Part shown: piece by piece, positions 48,386-56,445 of the stretch
Numbering within the stretch: the first letter of the stretch is position 1
Layout: each line of letters starts with the position of its first letter
Assembly (NCBI GenBank): GCA_030149205.1
Contig: JASBSB010000001.1
Span: 134,357-198,356, forward strand
Direction: 5' to 3'
Origin: Candidatus Heimdallarchaeota archaeon
Lineage (GTDB): Archaea; Asgardarchaeota; Heimdallarchaeia; Heimdallarchaeales; Kariarchaeaceae
Length of the DNA stretch: 64,000 nucleotides
The notes under the pieces: generated by a model
Told to the model about the DNA's origin: nothing
Database searches by the model: none
What the model saw: the letters and a program-made list of their open reading frames with translations, nothing else
Position numbers and translations under genes: made by a program

Positions 48386-49478
48386 AAAAAGCATATTTTT
48401 ATATCATTACAATTTCAGATTTATCATCCATCACAAAAAATCGTTTTTATTCTTAATTGTTCTTATCTTGCTAATCAGTCAAAACCCTTTACACGCTAAA
48501 ACGGTAGAAAAACTACAACCCATTTCGCAGGTTGAAATTACAAAAACCATGAAAAATCAGCTTGATTTTGGTCCAAGGTACCCTGGATCAGAAGGTATCA
48601 AGTTATTTAGAGACTATTTTCAATCATTCGTTGACCAGTACCCAAATTGGGTGATGCGAGAGGAACCATTTCAATATAAGGGAGTAACTCTAGTAAATAT
48701 ATTTGTACATGAAAGAAATTACCCTGAGTTGCCTCAAATTCTTATAGGAGCTCATTATGATACAAGAAAGAGAGCCACCAAAGACCCTAATTATCCCACT
48801 CTTCCTATCTTAGGAGCTAATGACGGTGCCTCGGGAGTCTCTTCAATTATGGAGCTAATTCGAGTGATGAATAAAACACAGAATGGTAAGATTGGATTTG
48901 TCCTGTTTGATGGGGAGGACCAAGGATTTGACACTGGATTTGGAATGGAAGGATGGGAATGGATTGTTGGCTCAACTCATTTTGTTGATTTTCATAAAAA
49001 TGAGATCAATAACATCAAGAACTTTATATTACTGGACATGATTGCGAACAAAAATCTTCAGATATTTTACGAGGGAGGAAGTAACCTGACCCTTGCATCA
49101 AAAATCTGGGATGTTGCACACAAATACAATTTCACTAAAGAATTTGTCAAAAAGGTGGGATATTATCTAATTGATGACCACACACCGTTTGTCAAAGCTG
49201 GGGTTAATTCTGTTGATATAATCGACTTCAATTACCCCGAACATCATACATTGGCTGATGATCTACAGTCTATATCAACATTATCCATAACAATAGTCAC
49301 TAAGGTTGTTTATGAATGGATAAACCTTGAACTACAACCAACAACCACAAAAATCTCACAGAGCTTATCAACCAAAACCCCTGCAACCCTATTTGAAGTG
49401 ATTGCAGCAGGTGCCTTAAGCTTGATTATAATTGTTAAGAAATCGGGTAAGCGACGAAATGGGCACGCTGCACATTAA
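48309..49478 (+). CDS. Secreted M28-family zinc peptidase/aminopeptidase-like protein. The start is uncertain.
   Basis: The motifs GAHYDT and ANDGASGVSS...LFDGEDQG match the M28 metal ligands. A signal-peptide-like KKSFLFLIVLILLISQNPLHA lies downstream of the thermosome stop (48385), but the first in-frame ATG is only at 48549. Between them only ATC/ATT codons are available. Confidence 0.5.
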   Translation: MTTSFLQKTLEDLQPHQVEIWEWTIRKSIFLYHYNFRFIIHHKKSFLFLIVLILLISQNPLHAKTVEKLQPISQVEITKTMKNQLDFGPRYPGSEGIKLFRDYFQSFVDQYPNWVMREEPFQYKGVTLVNIFVHERNYPELPQILIGAHYDTRKRATKDPNYPTLPILGANDGASGVSSIMELIRVMNKTQNGKIGFVLFDGEDQGFDTGFGMEGWEWIVGSTHFVDFHKNEINNIKNFILLDMIANKNLQIFYEGGSNLTLASKIWDVAHKYNFTKEFVKKVGYYLIDDHTPFVKAGVNSVDIIDFNYPEHHTLADDLQSISTLSITIVTKVVYEWINLELQPTTTKISQSLSTKTPATLFEVIAAGALSLIIIVKKSGKRRNGHAAH

Positions 49479-50006
49479 ACTAATTTTCTTTTGGCTGATT
49501 TTTCCTTTGTTTTGCTTCAGGTAGAGATACAATAGACCAGCAAAAATTGTGAGTGATTCTTCCCTAGAATTATTTGATGGTTGAAAATTCAACAGAAACC
49601 TCCTAAACTCAGGAACAAGGACATTTAATTTATTTAATGGTTGATCAAAAATCCAAATTAGGTCTACGAGAGAGATTTGGATGGGTTTGAGACCTAATTT
49701 GCTCATGATTTCAACATAGGCAGTATAAGTTTGAGGAGAAGACAATTGGTTTGCAATTTGATGAGGGAAAAGCAAATGGTTAGATATAATTCCATAGTAA
49801 ACTATTCCAGAAAAAATATCGCGATTTAAAGCGATGTTTTTCCTTTGTAGAGCTGAAGAGACCACAAGCACACGAACTTTGAGTCTATAACCCAAATATT
49901 GTATGGAATCCTTAAGATAACCATCCAGATATGGTTCATACTTTGAATACAGGGTGTGAAATTTTGATTCTATGACACGCAAGAATGCCAAAGAGTATGA
50001 AAGCAC
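49416..50006 (-). CDS. TFIIB-like cyclin-fold protein. It is a TFB core paralog lacking the Zn ribbon and B-reader.
   Basis: It has two cyclin-like repeats (IFSGIVYYGIISNHLLFPHQIANQL... and TIFAGLLYLYLKQNKGKISQKKISLMCSVPISSLTRFL). It is 196 aa. Its 3' end overlaps the peptidase gene by 63 nt in a convergent arrangement. Confidence 0.3.
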   Translation of the reverse strand: MLSYSLAFLRVIESKFHTLYSKYEPYLDGYLKDSIQYLGYRLKVRVLVVSSALQRKNIALNRDIFSGIVYYGIISNHLLFPHQIANQLSSPQTYTAYVEIMSKLGLKPIQISLVDLIWIFDQPLNKLNVLVPEFRRFLLNFQPSNNSREESLTIFAGLLYLYLKQNKGKISQKKISLMCSVPISSLTRFLNNYNQA

Positions 50007-50166
50007 GTAGGTCTAGCAATTAGATGGATTTTAAAAAAGTAAGCTTTCTCATTAAAATTATTCTCTAATTAGAACATTAATGGCTCTCAATTGTTTTCAG
50101 ATTTTAAGTTAGGTTAATTAAGGACAAGAGAAGGAAATAGTAAGAGACTTCCAGGAGGATAAATTT

Positions 50167-51165
50167 GTGAAAAATTTTATTATTATAGTTCCTCAGAGTA
50201 AAAAGGATGTGCTTGCAGAATCTCTTCAAGAAATGAACATCCCCTACCATCTTATTCTGGGAGAAGGTAATGCAACCTTCAACTTTATCATCCAAACCGA
50301 ATATTCTAACACCTTGCTACATGAACTTAAATTGAGGGGGGTCGGGACTGTTTTTGGTGAGATTGTTGTAGCACCAATAGTAACTCACCTTTCTCCAAAG
50401 AACCCATCACCGAGTATCAAGAAATCAGGGGGGGCAAATGTGGAAGAGATCAGATCAGTGTTACTTGAATCTGGGGACTTAAATATAAATTATATCATTC
50501 TTGTACTACTTTCTGCGATTTTAGCTAGTTATGGTTTGTATGCCAACAATGTCGTTATAATTATAGGATCTATGATTGTGGCACCTCTTATGGCCCCTAT
50601 TGCATTGACATCTTTGGGAGCAATTTTACCAGGCTCTAGACTTTTGCAAAAAGGATTAATAGCTGAAATTCTAGGGATTTCCTTAACTGTTATTGTGGGG
50701 TATATAGTTGGGATAGTTGTTAATGTTCATTCAACTCCAATTGATACCTTACCTGAGCTTAAGTCACGAGGTGTGATCGATGGGGTAGCATTAATTTTTG
50801 CATTGGTTTCAGGTCTTGCTGCCGGAATAATAATTGCAAAGGGGTCAAACCTATCTATTGTTGGTGTGGCAATTGCTGCATCATTAGCACCACCAGCAGC
50901 AGCCATTGGTCTATTCTTAGCGGGTACTATGTGGAAATATGCGTCAGAAGCATCATTGTTGCTCTTATTAAACATAGTAGCCATCAATCTAGCTTGCTCT
51001 TTAGTTTTCCTATTTTTAGGACTTGCTTCGACGACAGGAGAATCCAGGAGGTCAACTGAAATTGCAAGCCGTACGAATAAAATATTGATTTATGTTGCCA
51101 GTGTAATTCTGTTAGCAATTATTTTAGTAATTGCAAATAATAACAGGGTATTTGGACCAATCTAA
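50167..51165 (+). CDS. DUF389-family membrane protein.
   Basis: It has an N-terminal soluble domain followed by GSMIVAPLMAPI and repeated TM helices, characteristic of DUF389/TIGR00341. Confidence 0.5.
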   Translation: MKNFIIIVPQSKKDVLAESLQEMNIPYHLILGEGNATFNFIIQTEYSNTLLHELKLRGVGTVFGEIVVAPIVTHLSPKNPSPSIKKSGGANVEEIRSVLLESGDLNINYIILVLLSAILASYGLYANNVVIIIGSMIVAPLMAPIALTSLGAILPGSRLLQKGLIAEILGISLTVIVGYIVGIVVNVHSTPIDTLPELKSRGVIDGVALIFALVSGLAAGIIIAKGSNLSIVGVAIAASLAPPAAAIGLFLAGTMWKYASEASLLLLLNIVAINLACSLVFLFLGLASTTGESRRSTEIASRTNKILIYVASVILLAIILVIANNNRVFGPI

Positions 51166-51211
51166 ACATAGGAAATTTATTTGGATTTGTGCCGATATTA
51201 CATATTGAGTA

Positions 51212-52645
51212 TTAACGGCTGTTTCGACCATCTCTGCCTTTTTTTAACCTGCGTGAGTGGAGTAAGGACTTTAAATCTCTTGGTTTTTCTCTCTCTTCTT
51301 TGAGATTTTTAATTCTACGTTGGTTAAGATGTTCCTCCCAGAATTTCTTCCTCTCTTGAAAATTCATCCTAGACATATCATCAGGTTCAACTTTGTTTCC
51401 TTGAATTATGTTTCTTTTAAACCGTTTTTCCAAACTTTGACTTCCCTTAGAACTGGTTTCAGAACCCGTTTCAGAACTCGCAGCGGAACTAGTGGAAGAA
51501 GAAATATCAACCCTTGAAATTCTGTTTTCCCATAATTTCTTTCTCTCTTCAAATTGTTCCTTAAAATTTTTTAATTCATTTAACCTACTTGACTTTTTAG
51601 AGGTTACCTCAGTCTTTTGATTTCGAACACCTATTCTCGAAGGTGATCGGGGAGTAACAGAAATAGGTTCAGCCATTACATCCCCAATTTTTTGATAAAC
51701 CCTATGACTACCAGATATTGTTTTAAGAGTGTTTTTCCAACTTCCAAAAAGAGTTTCAGTTCTCCCAATGATTAAGAACCCACCAGGGTTCAATGATTCT
51801 ACAAATTTCTCAATTATCCTCCTCTGTTCCTGCTTATCAATATAAATTAAAACATTTCTGCAGAAAATTGCATCAAATCCCTTTGGATAGGTATCTTTAT
51901 TGAGATCGTGTAAAGAGAAGTTTACTCTATTACGAATTTCCTTATTTACCTTGTAATACCCTTCCCCTGTAAGTTTAAAATATTTTGTGGCTTCAATCTT
52001 ACGAGTCTCACTTAAATAAGAGCCATCGTAAGTCGCATGTCGAGCAATTTCGAGTAAATCTGGATTGACGTCTGTGGCTAAAATTCTCAACCTCAGGTCA
52101 TTTGTTCTTAATTTGTCTTCGAATATCATTGAGATCGTATAAGGTTCTGCTCCCACTGCGCACCCTGCTGACCAAATTTTGATTTCACTCCCTTTCCTCG
52201 AACCATTGGAAGTGATCTGTGGTACAATATGATCTCTCACAAGTTCAAATGTATCTCTGTTTCTGAAGAATCGAGTTACATTGATTGACAATGACTCCTT
52301 GATTTTCGAAATTTCACCAAAATTTCTTTTGATATAGGCCAAATACTCAGAATAAGAACTCATGTTTAACCTATTCATTCTCATCCTTATCCTACGAGTG
52401 ATATATCGCTCTTTGTAAGCTGAGGTTTCGATTCCTTGCTTTTTAAGATGAGATAGCAAATAAGGCAGGTTGGTCTCATCTAGTTTACGCTCTTTTGTAT
52501 TAATTGAAAATAGCCGTTCAGAAACAGTTGAATTACCCTTTCGAGGCGATTTACTTGAAGTTTTGTTCAAATAAGATTCTGGACCTAATCCCCGACCGAG
52601 GGTTGCTCCTTTTGCAACTTTTGGTTTATCTTTACCTGAGACCAC
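51212..52645 (-). CDS. CheR-type protein-glutamate O-methyltransferase homolog with basic N- and C-terminal extensions.
   Basis: The CheR N-domain is present (LPYLLSHLKKQGIETSAYKERYITRRIRMRM...TRFFRNRDTF). The SAM-binding core is present (IKIWSAGCAVGAEPYTISM; FDAIFCRNVLIYIDKQEQRRII...LNPGGFLIIGRTE). The C-terminus is serine/lysine-rich and about 170 aa long. Confidence 0.65.
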   Translation of the reverse strand: MVSGKDKPKVAKGATLGRGLGPESYLNKTSSKSPRKGNSTVSERLFSINTKERKLDETNLPYLLSHLKKQGIETSAYKERYITRRIRMRMNRLNMSSYSEYLAYIKRNFGEISKIKESLSINVTRFFRNRDTFELVRDHIVPQITSNGSRKGSEIKIWSAGCAVGAEPYTISMIFEDKLRTNDLRLRILATDVNPDLLEIARHATYDGSYLSETRKIEATKYFKLTGEGYYKVNKEIRNRVNFSLHDLNKDTYPKGFDAIFCRNVLIYIDKQEQRRIIEKFVESLNPGGFLIIGRTETLFGSWKNTLKTISGSHRVYQKIGDVMAEPISVTPRSPSRIGVRNQKTEVTSKKSSRLNELKNFKEQFEERKKLWENRISRVDISSSTSSAASSETGSETSSKGSQSLEKRFKRNIIQGNKVEPDDMSRMNFQERKKFWEEHLNQRRIKNLKEEREKPRDLKSLLHSRRLKKGRDGRNSR

Positions 52646-52680
52646 AATAATAATAAGATTTACTCAAATAAAACTCTTAT

Positions 52681-54189
52681 CTATCTTTTTAACTTTCTAA
52701 TAATTACCAAAATTAGTGTGAAAATAACGAATGAGATAATCGTAAAGGGAACAGGAGTAGTTTTGCTGTCAAACTGAGCGGACAAAATCCCTGAATTTTT
52801 GATTTGTCTAACCCATAGCCCATTAGAGTTTTGACTATCTAGCAAGGTAGTTGTTAATCTTTGAATTGTATTGTTGACTATCCCCGATAGTTGGAGAATC
52901 CGCAAAGTTTCATAATTTTTAGCCAAAACCTGCAATACCCCAGCTATACCTTCAGAATAGGAAAGATCGAAAAATCGATCTTCTTTATTAGACGAGTGGA
53001 TCAGATAATAATTCCAACTACCTGTTTGGACGTTGGTTACATTCACAATTTGTGAGTTAAGAAAGTCAAGAAAGGCAGATTTTAGAGATGTCTGTTGAGT
53101 CCGAGTAAGTTTATTATAACTACTCAAAAGGAAATCAAAAACACCAAGGACACCTGAACTTAGGGAGTTTAGTTGAATTGAACTGTTCGGTTGCACGTGA
53201 AAATAGGGGGAGACAGAGGAAAGTTTATTCATCACTAATTGGAGTGGTGTTTGTATCTCTTTTGAATAATCAGTTTGTGAGCTTCCTAAAGATTCAAGGA
53301 TACCAGAGACACCTGAATTAAGATTGTAATTAAGCTCAGTTGTATCGTTTTCCGTATTCCAAAGACCATTGGGTAGCTGCCTAGAGACCAAGTAGGAATA
53401 CACCTTTTTGGAAAAATCTAATATTGAGGAATTTTGACTTATTCCTGCAAAATTTTGAAGTGATAGGGCTATTCCTGCCATTCCCTTCCCATATCCGTAT
53501 ATTTCAACTCCAGCAAACCCCTTTTCAAATGGGTACCAAGGTATTGATATCCCCGATTGGTGTTTGGTTGAAATTGAATACAACCAATTCACTACTTTTT
53601 CTCCCCATTTAAGATAGGTTTGATTCTTTGTTAATTTATACAAGGAACCAACTGCTCCTAAGATTCCTGCTGAGCCGAATTCAAGTCCTGACAGAGGGAT
53701 GCCAAATGCTTTGCTCACATTTGAATCCGCATATCCCCAGAAAGCCTTGTTTCCATCCAAAATTGAGCGGGTAAATAATAAATTGAGGGCGGACTGAGCC
53801 TGGTCAAACCAAATCCTATTCTTTGAAAAATTGTAATAGGACAACAACGAATTAATTATTCCTGACTGACCATATTTATCACCAACATAAATTACTGAAT
53901 AATTATCAACCGTTTTTCGCCAAAGGGAGAGGGGGGTCCCATATAGGTCATTTATACGCTCATTTAAAAGGCCCTGATAAAATTGACTTAAGCTCCTGTT
54001 TACTTCACCCTGTAACTTAACTGGGAGAATAGGGTAGACTTTAATCAAAGTTTTTGCAATACCAGCCCCACCATATTCAAATCCCAGGTATGTTGAATAG
54101 TCTTGTTCTGGAAGCGGTGGTGCTTGAGAATGAACTGTCAGAGGCAAAATAAGAATTAATACTATAAATAACCCGGAAAATAACCTCAC
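52681..54189 (-). CDS. Secreted, C-terminally anchored protein with LanC-like (alpha/alpha-toroid) GxxG repeats.
   Basis: It has a signal peptide. There are about 7 spaced G-x-(A/S)G(I/V) repeats (GGAGIA, GQSGII, GSAGILGAVGSL, GMAGIALSL, SGVSGILESL, EGIAGVLQVL). A C-terminal TM segment is followed by a basic tail. The Zn-ligand C/H motifs of true LanC proteins are absent. Confidence 0.35.
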   Translation of the reverse strand: MRLFSGLFIVLILILPLTVHSQAPPLPEQDYSTYLGFEYGGAGIAKTLIKVYPILPVKLQGEVNRSLSQFYQGLLNERINDLYGTPLSLWRKTVDNYSVIYVGDKYGQSGIINSLLSYYNFSKNRIWFDQAQSALNLLFTRSILDGNKAFWGYADSNVSKAFGIPLSGLEFGSAGILGAVGSLYKLTKNQTYLKWGEKVVNWLYSISTKHQSGISIPWYPFEKGFAGVEIYGYGKGMAGIALSLQNFAGISQNSSILDFSKKVYSYLVSRQLPNGLWNTENDTTELNYNLNSGVSGILESLGSSQTDYSKEIQTPLQLVMNKLSSVSPYFHVQPNSSIQLNSLSSGVLGVFDFLLSSYNKLTRTQQTSLKSAFLDFLNSQIVNVTNVQTGSWNYYLIHSSNKEDRFFDLSYSEGIAGVLQVLAKNYETLRILQLSGIVNNTIQRLTTTLLDSQNSNGLWVRQIKNSGILSAQFDSKTTPVPFTIISFVIFTLILVIIRKLKR

Positions 54190-54275
54190 AACTTTACTTG
54201 AATTCTCATGCTTATTATTTTAGTCATAACTTCAAGACTTCACGAATAATTTTTTCTAAACTTGTAAGGTTTTCT

Positions 54276-54899
54276 CTAAATTGCCTTCAACCAATGGAGA
54301 ACCTGTTCTCCTAACAGATCAAAAGCCTCCTTAACGTTTAATCCGGTTTTTGCAGAGGTATCAAGGTAATGTACTTCAAACTTACCTTTACTGTATGATT
54401 TGTTCAAATTGGAAATAAAGTCTTCTATTTCTTCGGCTGGAACGCCTGTCCCGTCCTCCACCAAATCAGCTTTGTTTCCAAGGATAATTAGAGGGACATG
54501 TCCTCTAGAGCTATGTTTAGATAATTCTTCTAGCCAATGTTTCAAATTTTGAAATGAGGATGGTCTCGTTCTATCGAAGACTAATATTCCACCAAAACAT
54601 CCCTTGTAATACATCGATCTCACCGAATTAAATGTTTCCTGACCTGCAAGATCCCAAATTTGAAAAGTTACATCATATTTCTTCCCATTAAACTCGTACT
54701 TCACAGATTTAGCAGCGAAATCCGCACCAATTGTTAAGATGTGCTCCTCAGTAAACCCTACACCAAGGTAATTTCGTCTTAGGCTAGTTTTTCCAACTGC
54801 ACCATCTCCCATAAGCACGAGTTTTATAAAGTAAGCAGATGGATCATCTTTCTTTGATTTTTGAGTGGTGGGTTCTGAGGACTTCTTTTTCCAAAACAA
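54276..54899 (-). CDS. Ras-superfamily small GTPase, Rab/Ras-like, with a basic N-terminal extension.
   Basis: All G motifs are present: G1 GDGAVGKTS, switch I TIGADF, G3 WDLAGQ, G4 GNKADL, and G5 DTSAKTG. Confidence 0.75.
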   Translation of the reverse strand: MFWKKKSSEPTTQKSKKDDPSAYFIKLVLMGDGAVGKTSLRRNYLGVGFTEEHILTIGADFAAKSVKYEFNGKKYDVTFQIWDLAGQETFNSVRSMYYKGCFGGILVFDRTRPSSFQNLKHWLEELSKHSSRGHVPLIILGNKADLVEDGTGVPAEEIEDFISNLNKSYSKGKFEVHYLDTSAKTGLNVKEAFDLLGEQVLHWLKAI

Positions 54900-55166
54900 A
54901 CTAATTCAAACCTCCGTGTAATCTGAACTATAAAAAATTACTCTATTCGAAGATAAGAATTTCTAAAATTATTTAGCAAGCTTCACAGACTTAGTAACTA
55001 TTTTAAATTGACTAAAAATCACCTACAATAAACTTTTATAGCCAATTATGATAAATACATTTGTTTACAATAGAGGTATGTAACTATTCTTTGTCCTAAA
55101 TGTCAGTCATATTTTGTAAGATACCCATGTCCGGAATGCGGAGCCACTGAGGCAGATGCAGACAAA

Positions 55167-55739
55167 TTGATGGAACAATCCGTTGATGAAGCAATAGAGA
55201 CTAAAGCCGAAGAAGTGGAACATGTTTTAACACCAAAGGAATATCTTGCCAAAAAAAAGCAGGAAGCTAACCCAGAGCCTGAAGAACGATTGCTTAAGCC
55301 TTCTGAATTGATGAAAACAAAAGAAGATATGCCAGAGCCTGAAGAATCAAAGGAAATTCAAAAACCAACTGCCAAAGAACTACCAGTGAAACCGTCAGAT
55401 GTTTATCAGAAAGCTATGGAAGAAAAATATGGGAAAGATGAGAAAAATCTCAAACCCTCTGAACTTATCAAATCACAAGACTCAAGGTTTGGAACCCCAG
55501 AATCAACTTCAAAGGATACGCTAAAGAAACCATCAGAAATTGCCAAGCAAGGTGTGATACAAAGACCCGCTCAACCTCCAAAAAAATATGACCCCGTCAT
55601 TACAGATACGCGATATATTGATGGAGACTTACCAAACCATATTGAGAGAAAAGATGGGGAAACTGATGAAGAATACAAAGAAAGAGTAAAGGACACTCTA
55701 CAAGAAGTGGTTTCATTACTTGAAAAGCTGTTAGATTAG
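55167..55739 (+). CDS. Acidic/lysine-rich repeat protein (KPSEL repeats). It probably carries an N-terminal zinc ribbon encoded upstream, from about 55083.
   Basis: The called ORF starts at TTG 55167. The in-frame upstream sequence encodes CPKCQSYFVRYPCPECGATEADAD (CxxC-x9-CxxC), with no stop back to 55074 and no canonical start. The body contains four or more (L/V)KPSE(L/I/V) repeats. Confidence 0.45.
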   Translation: MMEQSVDEAIETKAEEVEHVLTPKEYLAKKKQEANPEPEERLLKPSELMKTKEDMPEPEESKEIQKPTAKELPVKPSDVYQKAMEEKYGKDEKNLKPSELIKSQDSRFGTPESTSKDTLKKPSEIAKQGVIQRPAQPPKKYDPVITDTRYIDGDLPNHIERKDGETDEEYKERVKDTLQEVVSLLEKLLD

Positions 55740-55747
55740 GTGGTCTT

Positions 55748-56002
55748 ATGGTCTATAAAACCAGAATTGCTTTTTCCTGTCCAGAAGAATTGAATCAAGA
55801 ACTATTTAGGCTGGCTAAACAGCAAGGAATCCCCAAAGGAACTTTAATTTCAGAGCTTTTGGAATACGCGATATCTGTTAAATATGACTTTGAAATCGAA
55901 AAATCAAACCTCAAGAGGATCAAAGAACTCGAAACGGACATTAGAGAACTTAAGAAATGGAAACATGAAACAGAAAAGATTCTTAAAAAGCTGTCAGAAT
56001 AA
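55748..56002 (+). CDS. Ribbon-helix-helix (CopG/Arc-like) DNA-binding protein with a coiled-coil tail.
   Basis: The sequence TRIAFSCPEELNQELFRLAKQQGIPKGTLISELLEYAI has a beta-alpha-alpha pattern. The start is 9 nt after the upstream gene. Confidence 0.45.
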   Translation: MVYKTRIAFSCPEELNQELFRLAKQQGIPKGTLISELLEYAISVKYDFEIEKSNLKRIKELETDIRELKKWKHETEKILKKLSE

Positions 56003-56068
56003 GAAGTAATGTGCTAAAATCTTTCAGTGCTGAGATAGTTTTAAGTTCCTTTAAAAATTATAATAACT

Positions 56069-56368
56069 ATGGTTAAAACCTTGTATTACTCCGGGGGAGA
56101 ATTTAAGGAACAAGTTAAGGGAGAAGCACTAGCCACTCTAGAGCTTATTCCTGATGGAAGCGATGGTATAGCTAATTTAAACTTTAACGGAAATGTAGGA
56201 ATCGTCAAACAAAGAACCATTATTAGACAATCAAATAACCTATGTGTCAGTGGATTCAAATTAGGTAGTGGAGAAATGATTGGAAGAAATTTCAAATTGG
56301 TGGTTCTCAATGAGGCTGAGGTTGAGGACAAATTAAAGGGTGCAAGAGACAGCTTTAAGGCGAGATAA
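56069..56368 (+). CDS. Hypothetical 99-aa protein.
   Basis: It is an ORF immediately upstream of the eutA-like gene, with no motif. Confidence 0.35.
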   Translation: MVKTLYYSGGEFKEQVKGEALATLELIPDGSDGIANLNFNGNVGIVKQRTIIRQSNNLCVSGFKLGSGEMIGRNFKLVVLNEAEVEDKLKGARDSFKAR

Positions 56369-56445
56369 ACCTGATTTAATAGAAAGTAGATGGAGCTTAT
56401 TGGTTAATTAACAAAGATTTTTGAAAACACTAAAACTTGAAGCCT

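Noticed and set aside
56069-56368. The 99-aa protein upstream of eutA as an EutN/microcompartment vertex protein.
   Set aside because: Its sequence does not resemble EutN/CcmL (no conserved beta-barrel glycine pattern). No shell proteins are nearby.
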